From NCBI RefSeq assembly GCF_009914755.1, contig NC_060925.1: a stretch of 64,000 bases of DNA; one strand, written 5' to 3'. Within the stretch, counting starts at the first letter, position 1. Each line of letters opens with the position of its first letter. The translations under genes were made by a program, and so were the position numbers. Below, piece by piece: positions 12,547-26,579 of this stretch. The notes beneath the pieces are model-generated. The model searched no databases and was not told the origin of the DNA. It saw nothing but the letters and a program-made list of their open reading frames with translations. The stretch is from the human T2T-CHM13v2.0 reference genome, Homo sapiens.

Positions 12547-13244
12547 CTATACTTAGCATTTATTGTTGAAAGATATTTTCATTGGTTATACACTTCTGAG
12601 TTGATAAGTATTTTCCCTCAGTATATGAAAAATGTCGTCCCACTGTCCTCCGCCTTCCATTGTTGCTATTCGGAAGTCAGCTGAGTGACTTACTAGTATT
12701 CTTTTGTAGGTAGTCTGTTTTCCTCTGGCTGTTTTAAATATACTTTCTGACTCTTTAATGCTCTGGAATTTTACTAGAATATGAATTTTACTCCAGTTTT
12801 GGCAGTATGGATGTAGGTGTAGATTTATTTTCATTTATCCTGTTTGAAATTAATTAGGCTTCCTGAATGTGATAATTTTTGTCTTCTTTAAGTTCTTGAA
12901 AATTTCCAGCCAAAATTTCTTTAAACATTTTCTTTCCTCATTCTCTCTTCTCTTCTTCTCTGACCAAATATTTGTTATATCTCACTCTAGCCATGTCTTT
13001 TCTCCTCTTATCTACATTTTTTCATCTTTTAGTTTCCCTATGCTGCTTCAGATTCAGATATATAGTTTAGTTTAATTCTCTCCTCAGCTATATCTAATGT
13101 GCTATAAAATTGTCATTGAATCTTTATTGTAAATGTTATTTTCCATGTTTATACATTTCTTGGGTTCTTTTTCAAATTTGCTTGGTCATTTTTATAGTCT
13201 GTTCATAATTAATATTTTAATATCCTCCCTTATTTAAGCTTATT

Positions 13245-13695
13245 TTAGTAAATTGGATTGCTGTTCATGAAATATTCATTCTCCTCTTTCCCAAAACATG
13301 CAGGAGGTTTCTCCTTTGCACCATTGACGCTGGAGTTGGCAATGACTTGCTTTTCCAATGAAATGTGAACAGACATGACATATGCTGTGTTTGAGCAAGG
13401 TTTTAAATGTGCTTGCCTTACTTGGCTTGGTCTCTTGCACTACTGCAACCCACCATAAGAAAAGCATGCCCCATGTAGCTGCTACGCCTTTCACCTGAGT
13501 CCCAAAATAAGAAGCACATGGAACAGACCTAAAGCCAACCTTCAACTTGAACTCAAGCTCAGAAAATCCCATCAGCTCTCATAAAAACCAAGCAAAGCCA
13601 TACCCTACCTACAAATCCCTAGCAAAAATATAATAATTCTTATTTTGGCAAGCCTCTGAATTTTTAAATCATTTGTTAGACACAGAAAACAGGTT
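13245..13695 (+). mobile_element. MaLR solo LTR, MLT1I/J-like
   Basis: GACTTGCTTTTCCAATGAAATGTGAACAGACATGACATATG...CCATAAGAAAAGCATGCCCCATGTAGCTGCT...AAGCCTCTGAATTTT. Confidence 0.7.
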
Positions 13696-14542
13696 TATGC
13701 TTATGTGTTTTATATTCTCCCTAATAATTGTAATATCTGAAGTGTTTTAGGTTCAGTCTGATTCTTTTATCTGTAGTTTCTGCCAGCTGTCATGGTGTTC
13801 ATTTGCTTCAGTGTTTTTTAATTTTTAACTGAGAATTTATATTCCTTGAAACTAGATATTTATTAAGCCTAGTTCAAGGACTTCTGCAAAGAGTTGTGAC
13901 ATTTGTTTCTGTCAAGCATTTTTGGATACTATAAATCTAGGACACTTTTAACTTAGTTATCAAATTGAGAGGTTGTTGTTTGTTTGTTTGTTTTGTTTTT
14001 AGCAACTCAGGTGGTGTCAATTTTGCCTACACATTTCAATCATTGCTAATTTTTAGTTAATATTCTTAGGATAGATAGCTTTTTTCCCCAACAAACACAA
14101 AAGATTAAGACACTTCTCCTTGCTGTTTTCTCAGAGTAAGGAAGTTTAGACTTCATCAAACAATTCACTGCAAGGCATTCTCAGTTATAAGAAGGGAAAA
14201 GTCCTCATATTAGGCTTGATCTCTTGTCCATGATGCTTTCAAAGCCATGCAAGTTAAGGTTACCAGTCTTCGTCAATTACCTTCAGAGCAAAAGCAGTAA
14301 GCAGAGCTACGTTTATCTTTCTGAGTTCCTATTTTCATGTTGATTTTCATCTCCTTCCTTTCTTGATAGCTAATAAAAAAGACTCACATAAAACCTGTAG
14401 CTTCTAGTTGTTTTCAGCAAAAGGGTCAATTAGATTATCTAATCTGCCATATAACTAAAACTGGACTTTCCCACTTGCATTGTCTTTTGTGTATTTGTTG
14501 AAATATCTCATCTTCAAATGGCCTCATCTGTTTTCTTTGTGT

Positions 14543-14665
14543 TGTTCAATTATTCATGCAACAACCATTTATTAAGTGCCCACAAGCAATGCGGTACTTT
14601 TTAGGTTCTGGAGATACATAAGCAAACAATGCAGAAGAAATCAGTATCCTCATGGGCTGATAATT
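14543..14665 (-). mobile_element. L2 3' end
   Basis: TTCATGCAACAACCATTTATTAAGTGCC...TAGGTTCTGGAGATACA. Confidence 0.65.
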
Positions 14666-15254
14666 TTGGGGGGCGGTTTAAAAATTTAATTCTGTACTAT
14701 AATTTTATAAAATCCAAGGAAGAAAAGGGAAATAAACATGAGTGACCAGTAAGTGACTGTTAGCTAGAAATTTCCCCAAATGCTATTCAATTTCTACCTC
14801 TTTTATTGAGTTTAATACATCCTGTTTGGTATTCACGTTCTTATGTACTTGTTAAATACTCACGAAATATTTCATTATACAAATGAAAACACTTTGTTAC
14901 CTTTGATTAGCTAAGAAAATATTAGGTATCATTTATATTTCAGTTGCTACTAAGTTATAAACTCAGTAGAGGCATATATCAAAAAAAGTATATCAAAATT
15001 ATCATGTAAAACAACATTTTTCACTTAGCAAATGTCAGAGAATTTTTTTTAATTAAAAGGCACCACCGACAAGGTGAGGTAAGGCAGAAACATCTGGAGA
15101 TCCATCATACACTAGAACTGCAGGGACCAGAGCAGAGACTGAACAAAACACCCTCAGTTTACAGATAGATCAAATGCCAAGACCAGAAAGGTGATACTAC
15201 TTACCCAAGGTCTTATAGCTATTTAATAACACAACTGGGGAACTGGGGCCAATA

Positions 15255-15475
15255 TTTATTTTAGTATATGGAAATGCAATAGAGTTTTTTTAATACTGAT
15301 TTAGCTATTGTGCTAAAATATTTTATTATTTCTAATATTTTGCCTGTAAAATGCTTTTGAACTTTCAAAGTAGATGATCAGATCATCTGCAAATAATGTA
15401 GTTTTACTTCCTAATTTCCAGTCTTTGTGATCTTAATGTATTTTCCTTTATGGGTTATACTGCCTGGAATTTGAA
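15255..15475 (-). mobile_element. Old L1M ORF2 (RT) fragment
   Basis: TCATCTGCAAATAAT is the antisense of the FADD motif, with flanking L1 RT-like sequence. Confidence 0.65.
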
Positions 15476-15559
15476 TGCAAAATCTTTAACTAAAGAATAC
15501 TAAATTCATTTTTAGTACTATCGATTTTCAATGTTATTATTGGTATTGATACTATTATA

Positions 15560-15785
15560 ATAGGAAACACCTATATAGTAGTTACTATGTTCCAGGCACT
15601 GTTCTTTGTCCTCACAACAACCCTATCATTCTCTCCATTTTACAGGGAAGGAAATTGAGGAAGTACAAATAATTTAACTGACTTCTCTAAGGTTATGCAG
15701 TTAGTAAAAACAGAGACAGAACTGAATGTTGGCATTTTGGCTTCAAAGTATATATTCTTGATCTTTAAGTCCACTAGATTTATCC
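15560..15785 (-). mobile_element. MIR SINE
   Basis: CTATGTTCCAGGCACTGTTCT...CCTCACAACAACCCTAT...CCATTTTACAGGGAAGGAAATTGAGG. Confidence 0.75.
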
Positions 15786-16834
15786 ACTTTATTCTAAATT
15801 TTGAGAGGCTAAAGAAACCTATCAGCCCAAATATTTTATCATACTACATAATCTTTCATATCATCTTCTCATGTTTTGAGGTTGACTTTGTAGCTTGCTT
15901 TAAACCGCATAAAGACTGGAGATTGTTGTTTCATCAGTAACTTTATTATTCAAAGAAGTTCTAACACAGCCAGAGCATACATTTCAGTTGTATTTTACAT
16001 GTCTGCATGGTAGCTAAGTTATTTGGTAAGAATTTTTCATTTTTAGTTCTTAATATAGTTGAAGACCTTTAAATATGAAGAGAATCTAGAATTGTTCTAT
16101 AGACTTCAGCCAAACAAAACCTCTTATGTACAGTAAAAGGATACATTTCCAATATAATCCTTTTATTACAGAAATGACCACACTCAATTTTATTAGTGTG
16201 TTTACACATTTATTTCTGAGACAGTGATTTTTCTGGGGGCCTGGGTTATATCTTTCATGTTTCATCCTTGATGTCTATCATATAGTGCCTGGCTTATGGC
16301 AGATACTCAATAACTTTGCTGAATGAATAAAAGGCAACAACCTGTGGCACATTTATAATTATCCCTATTTGGCAGATGATGAAAAGAAGTTTACTAGAAT
16401 TCATGTGACCTCCAAGGTTACAGAATTTGTCAGTAAGCAGAAACAGGATTCAATCCTCAATTTTCTACCCAAAGCCACACTTTTTCAACTAAACCACAAA
16501 ATGCATAGAAAAGGATTTACTGTATATATTCACAGCTAGTCCATGACTAAAAATCTTGTGGCTTCCTGTGTCATTTGCATAATAAAACTAAAAGTATAAA
16601 GAAATAGAATGGAAATACTAAACCTTATGTCAAATTTATAAACTGATCTCTAAAACCAGTTTATTTTGTAAATATAGTAACATATGTCAGAAAACCGCTC
16701 AGGCTTCTTTTTCTACTAGAAAAGTCTTTATGTTTTTCTCAAAAATGACATCCTTTGCCAACTCTGAATATGACATAGTGTTAATGAAAATCTATGCATA
16801 TAAAAATTTCAAATTCATACTTACATGAGAAAAT

Positions 16835-17200
16835 CATAAAGAATTGGAGATACGCCAAAATAGCAAAGGCAGGCTAAACTTGGTCTAATTTCAAAGCAGA
16901 AGAAGTAATCAAATCCCAAGAAATTAAGATGTGTACGTATAATTTTATTCCTGGCAAGAGAAATGGTCATAAACATATTTTATTAGCATGCAGAAAAAGT
17001 AAGTTGATCACATGGAACCATTATGGGTTCACTTGGAATAGATTCTCTCAAACCTCAGGATAATACCATAGAGAAAGTGAACCTGACATGTAACATGATC
17101 TCTGACATGTAACAAAATATCCCAGAATCTGTCATGTAACAAAGTCTAATGCCACATTACAAAGCCTCTCATGATACACCTGTGAACAAGATGAGGCCTT
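16835..17200 (+). mobile_element. CR1/L3 LINE RT fragment (N-terminal part)
   Basis: From 17019 reads HYGFTWNRFSQT vs CR1 QHGFTKNKSCQT; nearby IFK and IPGK remnants. Confidence 0.65.
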
Positions 17201-17699
17201 CGGAATTTGCTATAACATTGAATAATTGTTGGTGCTATAACTGTTATTAACACCATAATAATAGTTGGTGGTATACAAGGAGTTAACAACAAACTTATTG
17301 CTATTAACTCCTTGTTGTCATAACCATTAGGTCAGTGGATCCAGCTTTTCTGGGAATGAAGAGAAATAGTGAAGAGGGGAAGGAATTTTCAAGAAAATAG
17401 CAAAAATATGGAGTGAAACTAGCTGCTTCAGGGACTACATCAAGAGGCACATCAGTTCAAAGCAGTTCTAGATGAAATATCAAGAATCAGAGAAGTATTA
17501 CCTTTGAGGACTGACAGGGTTGCAACTTCAGAAGCAGAGAGGGGAAAAGGTAGAAGATTTCAACACAGACACATATCCCATCCAGACACAAGTCACAAGA
17601 TAAAAAATGCCAGTTGCATCCACTTCCTCCCAACTCCCATCCTAGAAAACTGCTGTGGTATTAAACAGAAAAGTCAGCTCTCCATAATAAAGAAAACAC

Positions 17700-18760
17700 T
17701 ATGCTCATCTCCATACTCATGAATCTAACTGCTTACTCAAACATCTAGACCTCTATCCTCATCTCTATACTCATGTATCCAAGTGCTTACTCAAACATCT
17801 CCACTCGGATGTCTGGCAAGCATCTCAAAATCAATATGTCCAAAACTGAATTCTGTTTTCCCCCTGAAACTTGCTCCATCCACAGTCCTTCCCATCACAA
17901 TTCTAACAACTTAATCTTTCCAGTTGTTGATGTCAAAAACCTTGAAGTCATGCTTGACATTCCTTTCCTTTCATGTAACAGCCAATCTGCCAGGAAATCC
18001 TGTCAGATCTACATCCAAAATGCACCGAGAATCTGGCTAGTTCTAATTACTGTTATCATCCCCAACCAAAGCACCAAAAACTTTTCTTGGGACTCTTACA
18101 ACAACTTCCTCGTAGATGTTCCTGCATCCAGGCTTGTTTGCCTATAGTATGTTCTCAGTACAAGTGCCAATGCGATCCTTTTAACACTTGAGTCAGATCA
18201 TTTCATTCCACTGTCCACTTTAACAGCTCTCCATTTCACTCAGAGTAAAAGCCCAAAGTCCTACAAAGCCTATAAACCCACATAGCCTGGTCCCTCATTA
18301 ATTCTCTGACTCCTATTACTCCCCGTCACTGACTCTGCTCATTGCCAAGGTGCCAGTCTCACTCCCACTTCAGGGCCTTTACTTCATTCCTTCTGCCTGG
18401 GATTCTAGCAAATGATTTTCATGACTCACTCCTTCACCTTTAAGACTTTTCTCAAATGTCACCTTCTCATTGAGGCCTCCTTGGTCAGTTTACTTAATAC
18501 AACAATCTGTCCATCCAGCTCCTGAACATCTCTTATCTCCCTTGTGCCTCTATTGTGCTTTTTCCCATAGTAATTATGACCTTCTAAGAAAATACATTTT
18601 TTACTTCTTGATTGCTTTTAGTGCTTACTATCTATCTTCTGCTAGGTAAAGGTCCATGAATGCAGGATTCTTTTTCTGTTTTCTCAGTGGTGTACCACAA
18701 ACATTTAAAAGGGTGCCTGGCACACAGTCAGTGGTCAATAAATGTTTGTAGAATTAATGC
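17700..18760 (+). mobile_element. L2a, ~1 kb to its 3' end
   Basis: ORF 17773..18147 has HLKINMSKTE and KNLEVMLD (L2 RT-like); ends GTGCCTGGCACACAGTCAGTGGTCAATAAATGTTTG. Confidence 0.85.
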
Positions 18761-19141
18761 ATTTTAGAACTTTTCCACCTACACCTTGTCCCAGTACCCA
18801 GGGGTAAGGCAATGAGAAAGCTGCACTCTTTCACCAGGACAGAGAAATTCCTAATATTGAAGAAATCCAAGCAAAAAAGACCAGGACATGAGAACAAGGC
18901 AATTCTGGGCTAGTTGCCAGCTGAGAGCATCAGAAAAGCCCTTTAATCCTTTGGCCAGGGAGTGCCAATTCTTTCTATATCTACAGGGTATGATTAGAAA
19001 TATATTTACACAATGCCTGATTGGTTGTTCCTTGGTCTGGAGGCAGGGAATCCTACACTTGCAATTAATTAATACTCCTTCCCAGTAACTGAGATGAAGT
19101 AAGGACCCAACCAGATTTGGCAATATAAAAGATGATTGATT

Positions 19142-19431
<290 letters not shown>

Positions 19432-19839
19432 TTAATGTCAACTATTTCCATCCAGTTTTACTTCCATGAAAAGACATTAGCACACTCACACAAGATGAAC
19501 TTAGAATGTTCTAAAAAATCTCTCATGACCACCTACAGTTTTCCTAGGGAATTTCTAAAGAATTACCTCTATGAGCCTATCTCTATGAGCCTAACTCACT
19601 TTTCCTAGTTTCTTCTCCCCACATTGGCTATGTTCCTGGCTGCTTCTTTCTTAGATGCCCTTGGGCACTGGCCTTGTCCGTTTTAGAACAGGACCTTATT
19701 ATCTCTTTTCTTGGATAGCCTCTTAAACATTACCAAGAGGAACCACACTATCCTTAAGTCATACTGGATATCTGAAATTCCACCTTGTCATAATTGTTCC
19801 ACATCCAGCCCCAACTGGATGAGAATAAGAATTTGACAG

Positions 19840-20420
19840 CCGAGAAGCCATATTCCAGTGGTTTCTACTATCTTTTAATTTGGTCCAGTCCCTTTCAACA
19901 TCTTCCCTCAATGACTTCTATAATTACATAAATAACATGTTTGTCAAATTTTTAGGTGACAAACAGTTGATAAAAATATCTAATATTTTAGATAATAGGC
20001 TCAAGACTCCAAAATAACTCCTGCAATTTAATGAACAGGCCAAAATGAATAAAATGCCTATTTATGGAGATAATTAGGCCAGTGTGTGATACATAGTGGC
20101 ATTCTATAAAAGTTTGTGGAATTATAAAATGAATAAATTGATGCAGACTCTTCTACTGAGATTCTAAAAATTAACTGCACAAGTTCAGGATGAAGAATAA
20201 CCTAGAATAAGAGCAGTTTCTGAGAAACCAGATTTACAAGTTTATTGGATACCAAGTGCCTTATAAGTCAGTTCTGTCAGAAAATAGGGCCATTGCTGTT
20301 GAGAGCACACCAACAACTAATGTGTCAGTTTGTGAGCTTCACATTTTTTAATTGATATTGACAAATTTGAGAGATACCTGAGAAGAATCATTGCAATATT
20401 GAAAGATTACTTGACTTATT
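19840..20420 (+). mobile_element. CR1/L3 LINE RT fragment (C-terminal part)
   Basis: 19882 GPVPFNIF/LND vs CR1 GPVLFNIFIND; 19943 VKFLGDKQL vs IKFADDTKL; later KN-LHKFRM remnant. Confidence 0.7.
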
Positions 20421-20841
20421 CATTCATTAGGTAATCTTGAATGCCTACTCTTTGATGAGCCTTGGAATAGTCATTAAGGATAAATGGTGTTCATATAAGG
20501 AGTGACTGATAAAATGGAATATACTGCATATTTTATTTTTATTATTAATATTAAAAAGAGTATTACAGCATTTTTAGTTAATATATATTATTGGTATATT
20601 ATAATAATACAATAATTACTATAATAAATAAAACAATATATTATGATTTAACAGTATATTATTTTATGCCATATTATGAATATGACAGTATTTCATTTTA
20701 CTCCATGTTATTAACAAGTAGTAATATCATACGCATAAGTCCATTTTATATGACAATCTTTCCTGTATTAGAATTCCAGTGGAAGCTAGAATGTAACTTT
20801 CATAACAGAAAGAATCCTTTATTTCATGTAATTTCCAATTA

Positions 20842-21328
<487 letters not shown>

Positions 21329-22374
21329 CTATTGAGTTGTTCTGAAGTGTTCAACCCACTTTCATTGTAACAAAAACTGTCCTTTCTTAGTAATATTTTA
21401 TTAGCTTATAAAATACTTACTCAAATTATACATCTACACTAAGAACTGTAACTGGCATAAATAATTTGGTAAGTAACCCAAGTGACTCTGAAAACATACA
21501 ACTCCACTCACTGGAGCACAAGTACATGAAAGTACTAGCACCTGATATCGATCAGAATGTTTTACAGAGGGAATGAGGGACAGTATTTAATCCTCTAAAT
21601 TGGTTAGTCAATTGGTTAAGTGGAAGCTGGTTAAAATAATTCTAACTGAACACTAACCCAGTCTTCTTAGAGATTCCAGAGTTTTCTCTCTAGAAAATGT
21701 ACCTCAGTATTACGGTCCCCTCCTGAAAGCCCGTTAATGGCCTCAAGATAAAACCAAGCTCCGTGGACAGAATGATATTTGAGAGATGAAATTTAACTTG
21801 TCAAGGAACACTTCCCTTCAGGTTATTTTTGATTGAGTTCTGAATATTTTAGAGGAAAATATTAATTATGGAAATAATGCAGGCTTGGATTGATGTTTCC
21901 TGCTCCAAGGAGAATTTAGATTTGCCTCTGGCAGTGGCTAGGGGCACTAGCAATGAAACTTCACATTAGGCTGTTTATAGTGATTGAGTCCCTAGGACAA
22001 AAGACTATTTCTGGTTCACTGTCCCATCTTGAATGGAGGCCTTAAGGTCCCCAGTTCAAAGCGTGTATGGTTTACTGTGGATCCCCATCCACAATGGGTC
22101 TTGGACTCACATCTCATCCTCTCAGTTGTCTCTTCCTGGATTGGCAGGTGTTTCTGGGTGACAAGCTGCTATACCTGCCAGGCTCACCCCTCTGGGTTTT
22201 CTCCCTAATCTGAGCCTGTGATTCTTCAATGCAATGAGAATGTTTTTATTCCTTCAATCAGATAAGATTGTTTAATATTTTACCCACTTAAGTGTTGATT
22301 TTCATCACTTTATTCCTGTATTATTGAAATCATCCCACCCTTATTTCTTCATAAATAAAGAAGAACCAGGCCCC

Positions 22375-22555
22375 ACATTTGAGACCAGAGGACCAAAGCA
22401 TTATGTCTGCCTCTCTTCCTTATTAGATATGTTACCTTGGGCAACTTTCTCATAGTCTCAGTTTTCTACAAAGCAAACACAAGAATTTTATTCATTGGTG
22501 TATGTACAATTCTTTGAGATGCTGCATGGAAAAGCATTGTAAACTGTAAAATATG
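22375..22555 (+). mobile_element. MIR SINE
   Basis: GTTACCTTGGGCAACTTT...TCTCAGTTTTCT...GAAAAGCATTGTAAACTGTAAA. Confidence 0.6.
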
Positions 22556-24289
22556 ACTTAATATCTAATTACATTAATATGTGCTCCTAAACAATGTGTG
22601 TGTGTGCTTTAATTTGTTATGATACAGTGTGCAGATTAATTTATCCTTTGTCAATATCAATTTTTTCACTCATCCGTTTATTTTATTCACATTTATTGCA
22701 TGCCTGCACTGTGCTAAAACTGTTACTGGGCCTTGTTGATACAGCAATAACACAAAATAATGCCTCAATCCAACAAAATTCTGAAGGGCTTCCTCAGCCC
22801 CTCCATGACCAGCCCCCACCCCCCCAATTATACAGTCTCCTGCTACTCTTAGTCCCCTGTTATAACCTAACTTCAGGATATTCATCACAATTTTACTTCT
22901 ATTTTTATTTTGTATTATTTGTTAAATGTCTGTTTCATCCACTAAACTGTAATACCCTGAGAGTCACTAACATGGCCACATTATAATCTGTAAAATATTG
23001 TTAAATGACATGAAAGAGATAAATGAATGACTAATCGTATGGAGTCTGTAATGCCTGGTAAGATTTGGTAGGAAATAAAACTAGAAAGGTAGATGGGGAA
23101 CAGTTTGTGATGGGGCCCTTAATGTCCTGCTGTGTAATCAAGACTTTATCCTTTAAGCAGTGAGGAACCATGGGAAACTGAGATAATAGCATGGACAAAG
23201 GCAAGAAGACACAGACATTCAGCTCGTTAGAAACGTTGCCTCAGGTCACTGACTTAGAGAAGGGCAGATAGAAACACCGAGTCTCTTCTTACAACACATG
23301 GGCTCCTCAATCTGGTGAACCACTTTGCATCACCTGACGTTATAAGATATTCTTCTAAGAACAATAGCACTAATTGGGATCAAAACCCTGGGGTGAGGTC
23401 CATCTACTGAGCCAAAGCTGGGTGGCAGGGTGCAACAAAATTTTTATGTGTCAACGTAAACATTGTCTTTTAAAAAAATCATTGTATACATATTTACATC
23501 TACCATTATTTCATTAGACTAGATTATCGAATGAATGAGTCTCCTTGGGAATTGAAAGGGTGCATTCCACCACATCTTTATAGAATTATTATACATACTT
23601 TAATTTTGTCTTTGCTGGTTTCACATATTAAGTATCCTTATAGGAGCCTTCAGGTCCTTTGCAGCTCCCGTGACTCTAATTCAGTTCACTGAAGTATCTA
23701 CCATTACTCCTTCTACCCAATGAGACCAAACAAACAGAAAAAAATTGGTTCCTTCTCCGTTTTGACAGCCCATGAGATATCTGAGGAGAGTTCTCATGTC
23801 CTGAGACTTCTTTTTACCCATAAGAGTAAATGCCTCCAACTAAGGCTATTTTTCAGAAACATACAAGTTTATAAAAAATGGCCCAAAACTTTTTGTAGAA
23901 AAATTTTAAGTTTGAACATTGGGAGTTCCAGAAAAAAAAAAAAGGCTTCTGTCCAACACTTTTCACTGCTGGCTATATCATAGTTCCTCACTGGAATAAA
24001 GAATATTCTGTTTCCTAGTGGAATGGAGAATTGAAATCAGAGCCTCTGGATAATAACAGTAACAATTACAATCATAAAGATCATAGCTTACATTTGACTG
24101 CTTGCCGTGTGCCAGGCATTTTTCAAAGAGCTTAAAGATATTCTCCCCATAATCTTCAAATAATGCCATGAAGTTTGTACAAAACTGCTCTTATACAAAG
24201 TTAAATCCACTTGTTTCAAAAATAAGGAAAGGGAGAAAGAAAAAGGATAAAGAAAACCTATATTCACTAAGTCCTAATAGGCTATGCTA

Positions 24290-24797
24290 TGTATCCATTT
24301 TCCATTGTTGCTATAACAAATTACCATAAACTAGTGCATAAGACAACAGAAATTTATTAACTTACAGCTCCGAAGGTCATACTCCAGTATTGGTCTCACT
24401 GAGGTAAAATCAAGGTGTCAGCATGACTGCATTTTATTCCACAGGCTCTAAAGGAGAATCCGTTTCTTGCTTTTTCCAGCTTCCAGAGGCCATTTGCATT
24501 CCTTGACTCGGGTTCCCCTCTCTCCATCTTTAAAGTCAGCAACAGCAGTTTTAGTCCCCTCACATTGCATCTCTGACACTTTTTCCATCATCACATGTCT
24601 CTCTGATCATGGCCAAAAAATATTCTCCATTTTTAAGGACTCATGTTACTAGATTGGACCCACTGGATAATCCAGTAAAACTTTTCCATCTTAAACTTAA
24701 ACCATCCAGGAAAACTTTGCCATTTAATGTAACATATTCACAGGTTCCTAAAACATCTCTGGGGTGAACATCTCTAGGGTACCAGTATTCTGCATAT
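24290..24797 (-). mobile_element. MaLR solo LTR, MLT1D-like
   Basis: GTTGCTATAACAAATTACCATAAAC...AAAATCAAGGTGTCAGCA...TTTTTAAGGACTCATG...GATTGGACCCAC. Confidence 0.85.
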
Positions 24798-24851
24798 GAG
24801 GACCTATATATGCAATTCCATGTATTCTCCCCAGGAAATCCTCAAGATAAT

Positions 24852-25436
24852 TATAATAGTTATTTATTGTTGTGTAACAAACTACCTCCAAAATTAAATA
24901 GCTTAAAATGACATTTGCTTTCTCACAGTTTCCTCAGAGGGTCATGAACCTGGCTGAGGCTTAGCTGTGCCCTCTGTTTCAGGTTGTCTCACATGGCTGC
25001 AACCAAGGTATCTGCTTAGGCTGCGGTCTCATCTGAAGGTTCAGCTGATGATAGATCTGCTTTCAAGCTCACTGCTTGGCTGCTGGCAAGATTCAGTGTC
25101 TTGTAGACTGTTGACTGAGGGCCTCAGTTCCTTCTAGCTTTTAGTGAAAGAGCATCCTCAGTTCCTTTCCATGCAGGTCTCCACATATGGCACATTCCTT
25201 CATCAGAGTGAGTAAGCAGAGAGAGAGAGAGAAAAGGTGTCAGGAAGGTGGTTGTCATGGTCTTTTAAAATCTAACCTCAAGAGTGCCATTCCATCACTT
25301 TTGCCATATTCTATTAGTTAAAAGTAAGTTACTACATCAACAAGACCAGCCCACATACAAAGAAAAGAAAATACACTATGGAGTGACCATCATGAGGAAA
25401 GATCATTGGGAGCCATTTCAGAAGCAGTCTATCACA
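24852..25436 (-). mobile_element. MaLR solo LTR, MLT1F/G-like
   Basis: GTTATTTATTGTTGTGTAACAAACTACC...GGTCTCATCTGAAGG...CCATCACTTTTGCCATATTCTATT...CTATCACA. Confidence 0.8.
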
Positions 25437-25441
25437 GTATT

Positions 25442-25929
25442 TGTATCATTTTGCTATTGCTGCATGACAAGTCACCACAAACATAGTGGCTTGAAATGAA
25501 AATTCTTCTCTCTTATTCACATCTGTGGGTCAACTGGGACACAGCCAAACAACTCTGATTCAAGTTACCGGTTCCCCTTTGCTTGAATCCTTGTTGTGGA
25601 GTGAGTGCAAGTTTGCTTCATTGAAATTCAAGCTGGGGTGCCTGTAAAATCCTAGGGCAGTTCTTCTCACAGCAATAGCAGAAGTGCAAGAAGGAAAGAG
25701 AAACATGTGATAACTTTTAAAGCCAGGATTGAGGCCTATTGCATGGTTACTTCCCTCCTCCCTACCCCCAGGTACCCTACTGGCCAAAATAAGTCACATG
25801 CCTGAACCCAAAATAAAAGGACTAGAAAGTATATTCTGCCTCTAGTGGAAGCAACTTCACAGTCACAAGGTAAAGGTCAAGGATCCAGGAAGAGGTGAAA
25901 AATTGGGGCCAAAAATTCCATCTCTCACA
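25442..25929 (-). mobile_element. MaLR solo LTR, MLT1H/I-like
   Basis: GCTATTGCTGCATGACAAGTCACC...CTGGCCAAAATAAGTCACATG...GAAAAATTGGGGCC...CTCACA; TSD GTATT/ATATT. Confidence 0.7.
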
Positions 25930-26065
25930 ATATTATCACTCACATTTTACTGATAAAGAAATTGTGGTGCAGATAAGCTACCTGACTTGCTCAAGGTCAC
26001 AGAATTCAAATTCACATTTGTCTGACTTCAAAACCCGTTCTTCATTGTTTTATACCACCACGACT
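25930..26065 (-). mobile_element. MIR remainder (host of the three MLT1 LTRs)
   Basis: CATTTTACTGATAAAGAAATTGTGGTGCAGA...GACTTGCTCAAGGTCACAG...TCTGACTTCAAAACC. Confidence 0.7.
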
Positions 26066-26579
26066 CAAGATACATTCTCTCTGAATCATTTCCTTCTGAA
26101 TAAAGGAGTTCACAAATTGGTATCTAAAAATTCCTTTTGCAAACAGTCATCAGAAATTTCACTTTGCTCTTCTGCCTCCTGTTTCACTTTATCAGCCTAA
26201 ATTTGTAACATGGGCAGGAGCGTGGAGATAAAATCGTCTCTGAAAATGAGAAAATGGATTTTCTTGCCATGCCTTTGCATTACAAATGGGCCCAGTCCAC
26301 GGCAATCATGGCTGCACCTGGAACAGTGCACAGGGCCCATGAATAATCCATGTTCCTTACACACTTGTCTCCCTGCAGTGCTGACTCAGCAACTGCATCC
26401 TACTTTCTGCAAAGTAAAGACAGCATATAGGTCAGATGAAGTCTAAGAGTGTAACAACACTCTGAACATTTGGCTGAATCCTGAAGGCCGACAAGGGACT
26501 TAAAAATTTCATTAGAATTTAACCAGACTGTGATTCTACGCTTCTCAGAATTTCATTTCTTCAGGGTTAAATCCAGATT

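Noticed and set aside
17773-18147. 124-aa ORF
   Set aside because: L2 RT remnant; no evidence of domestication from sequence alone.
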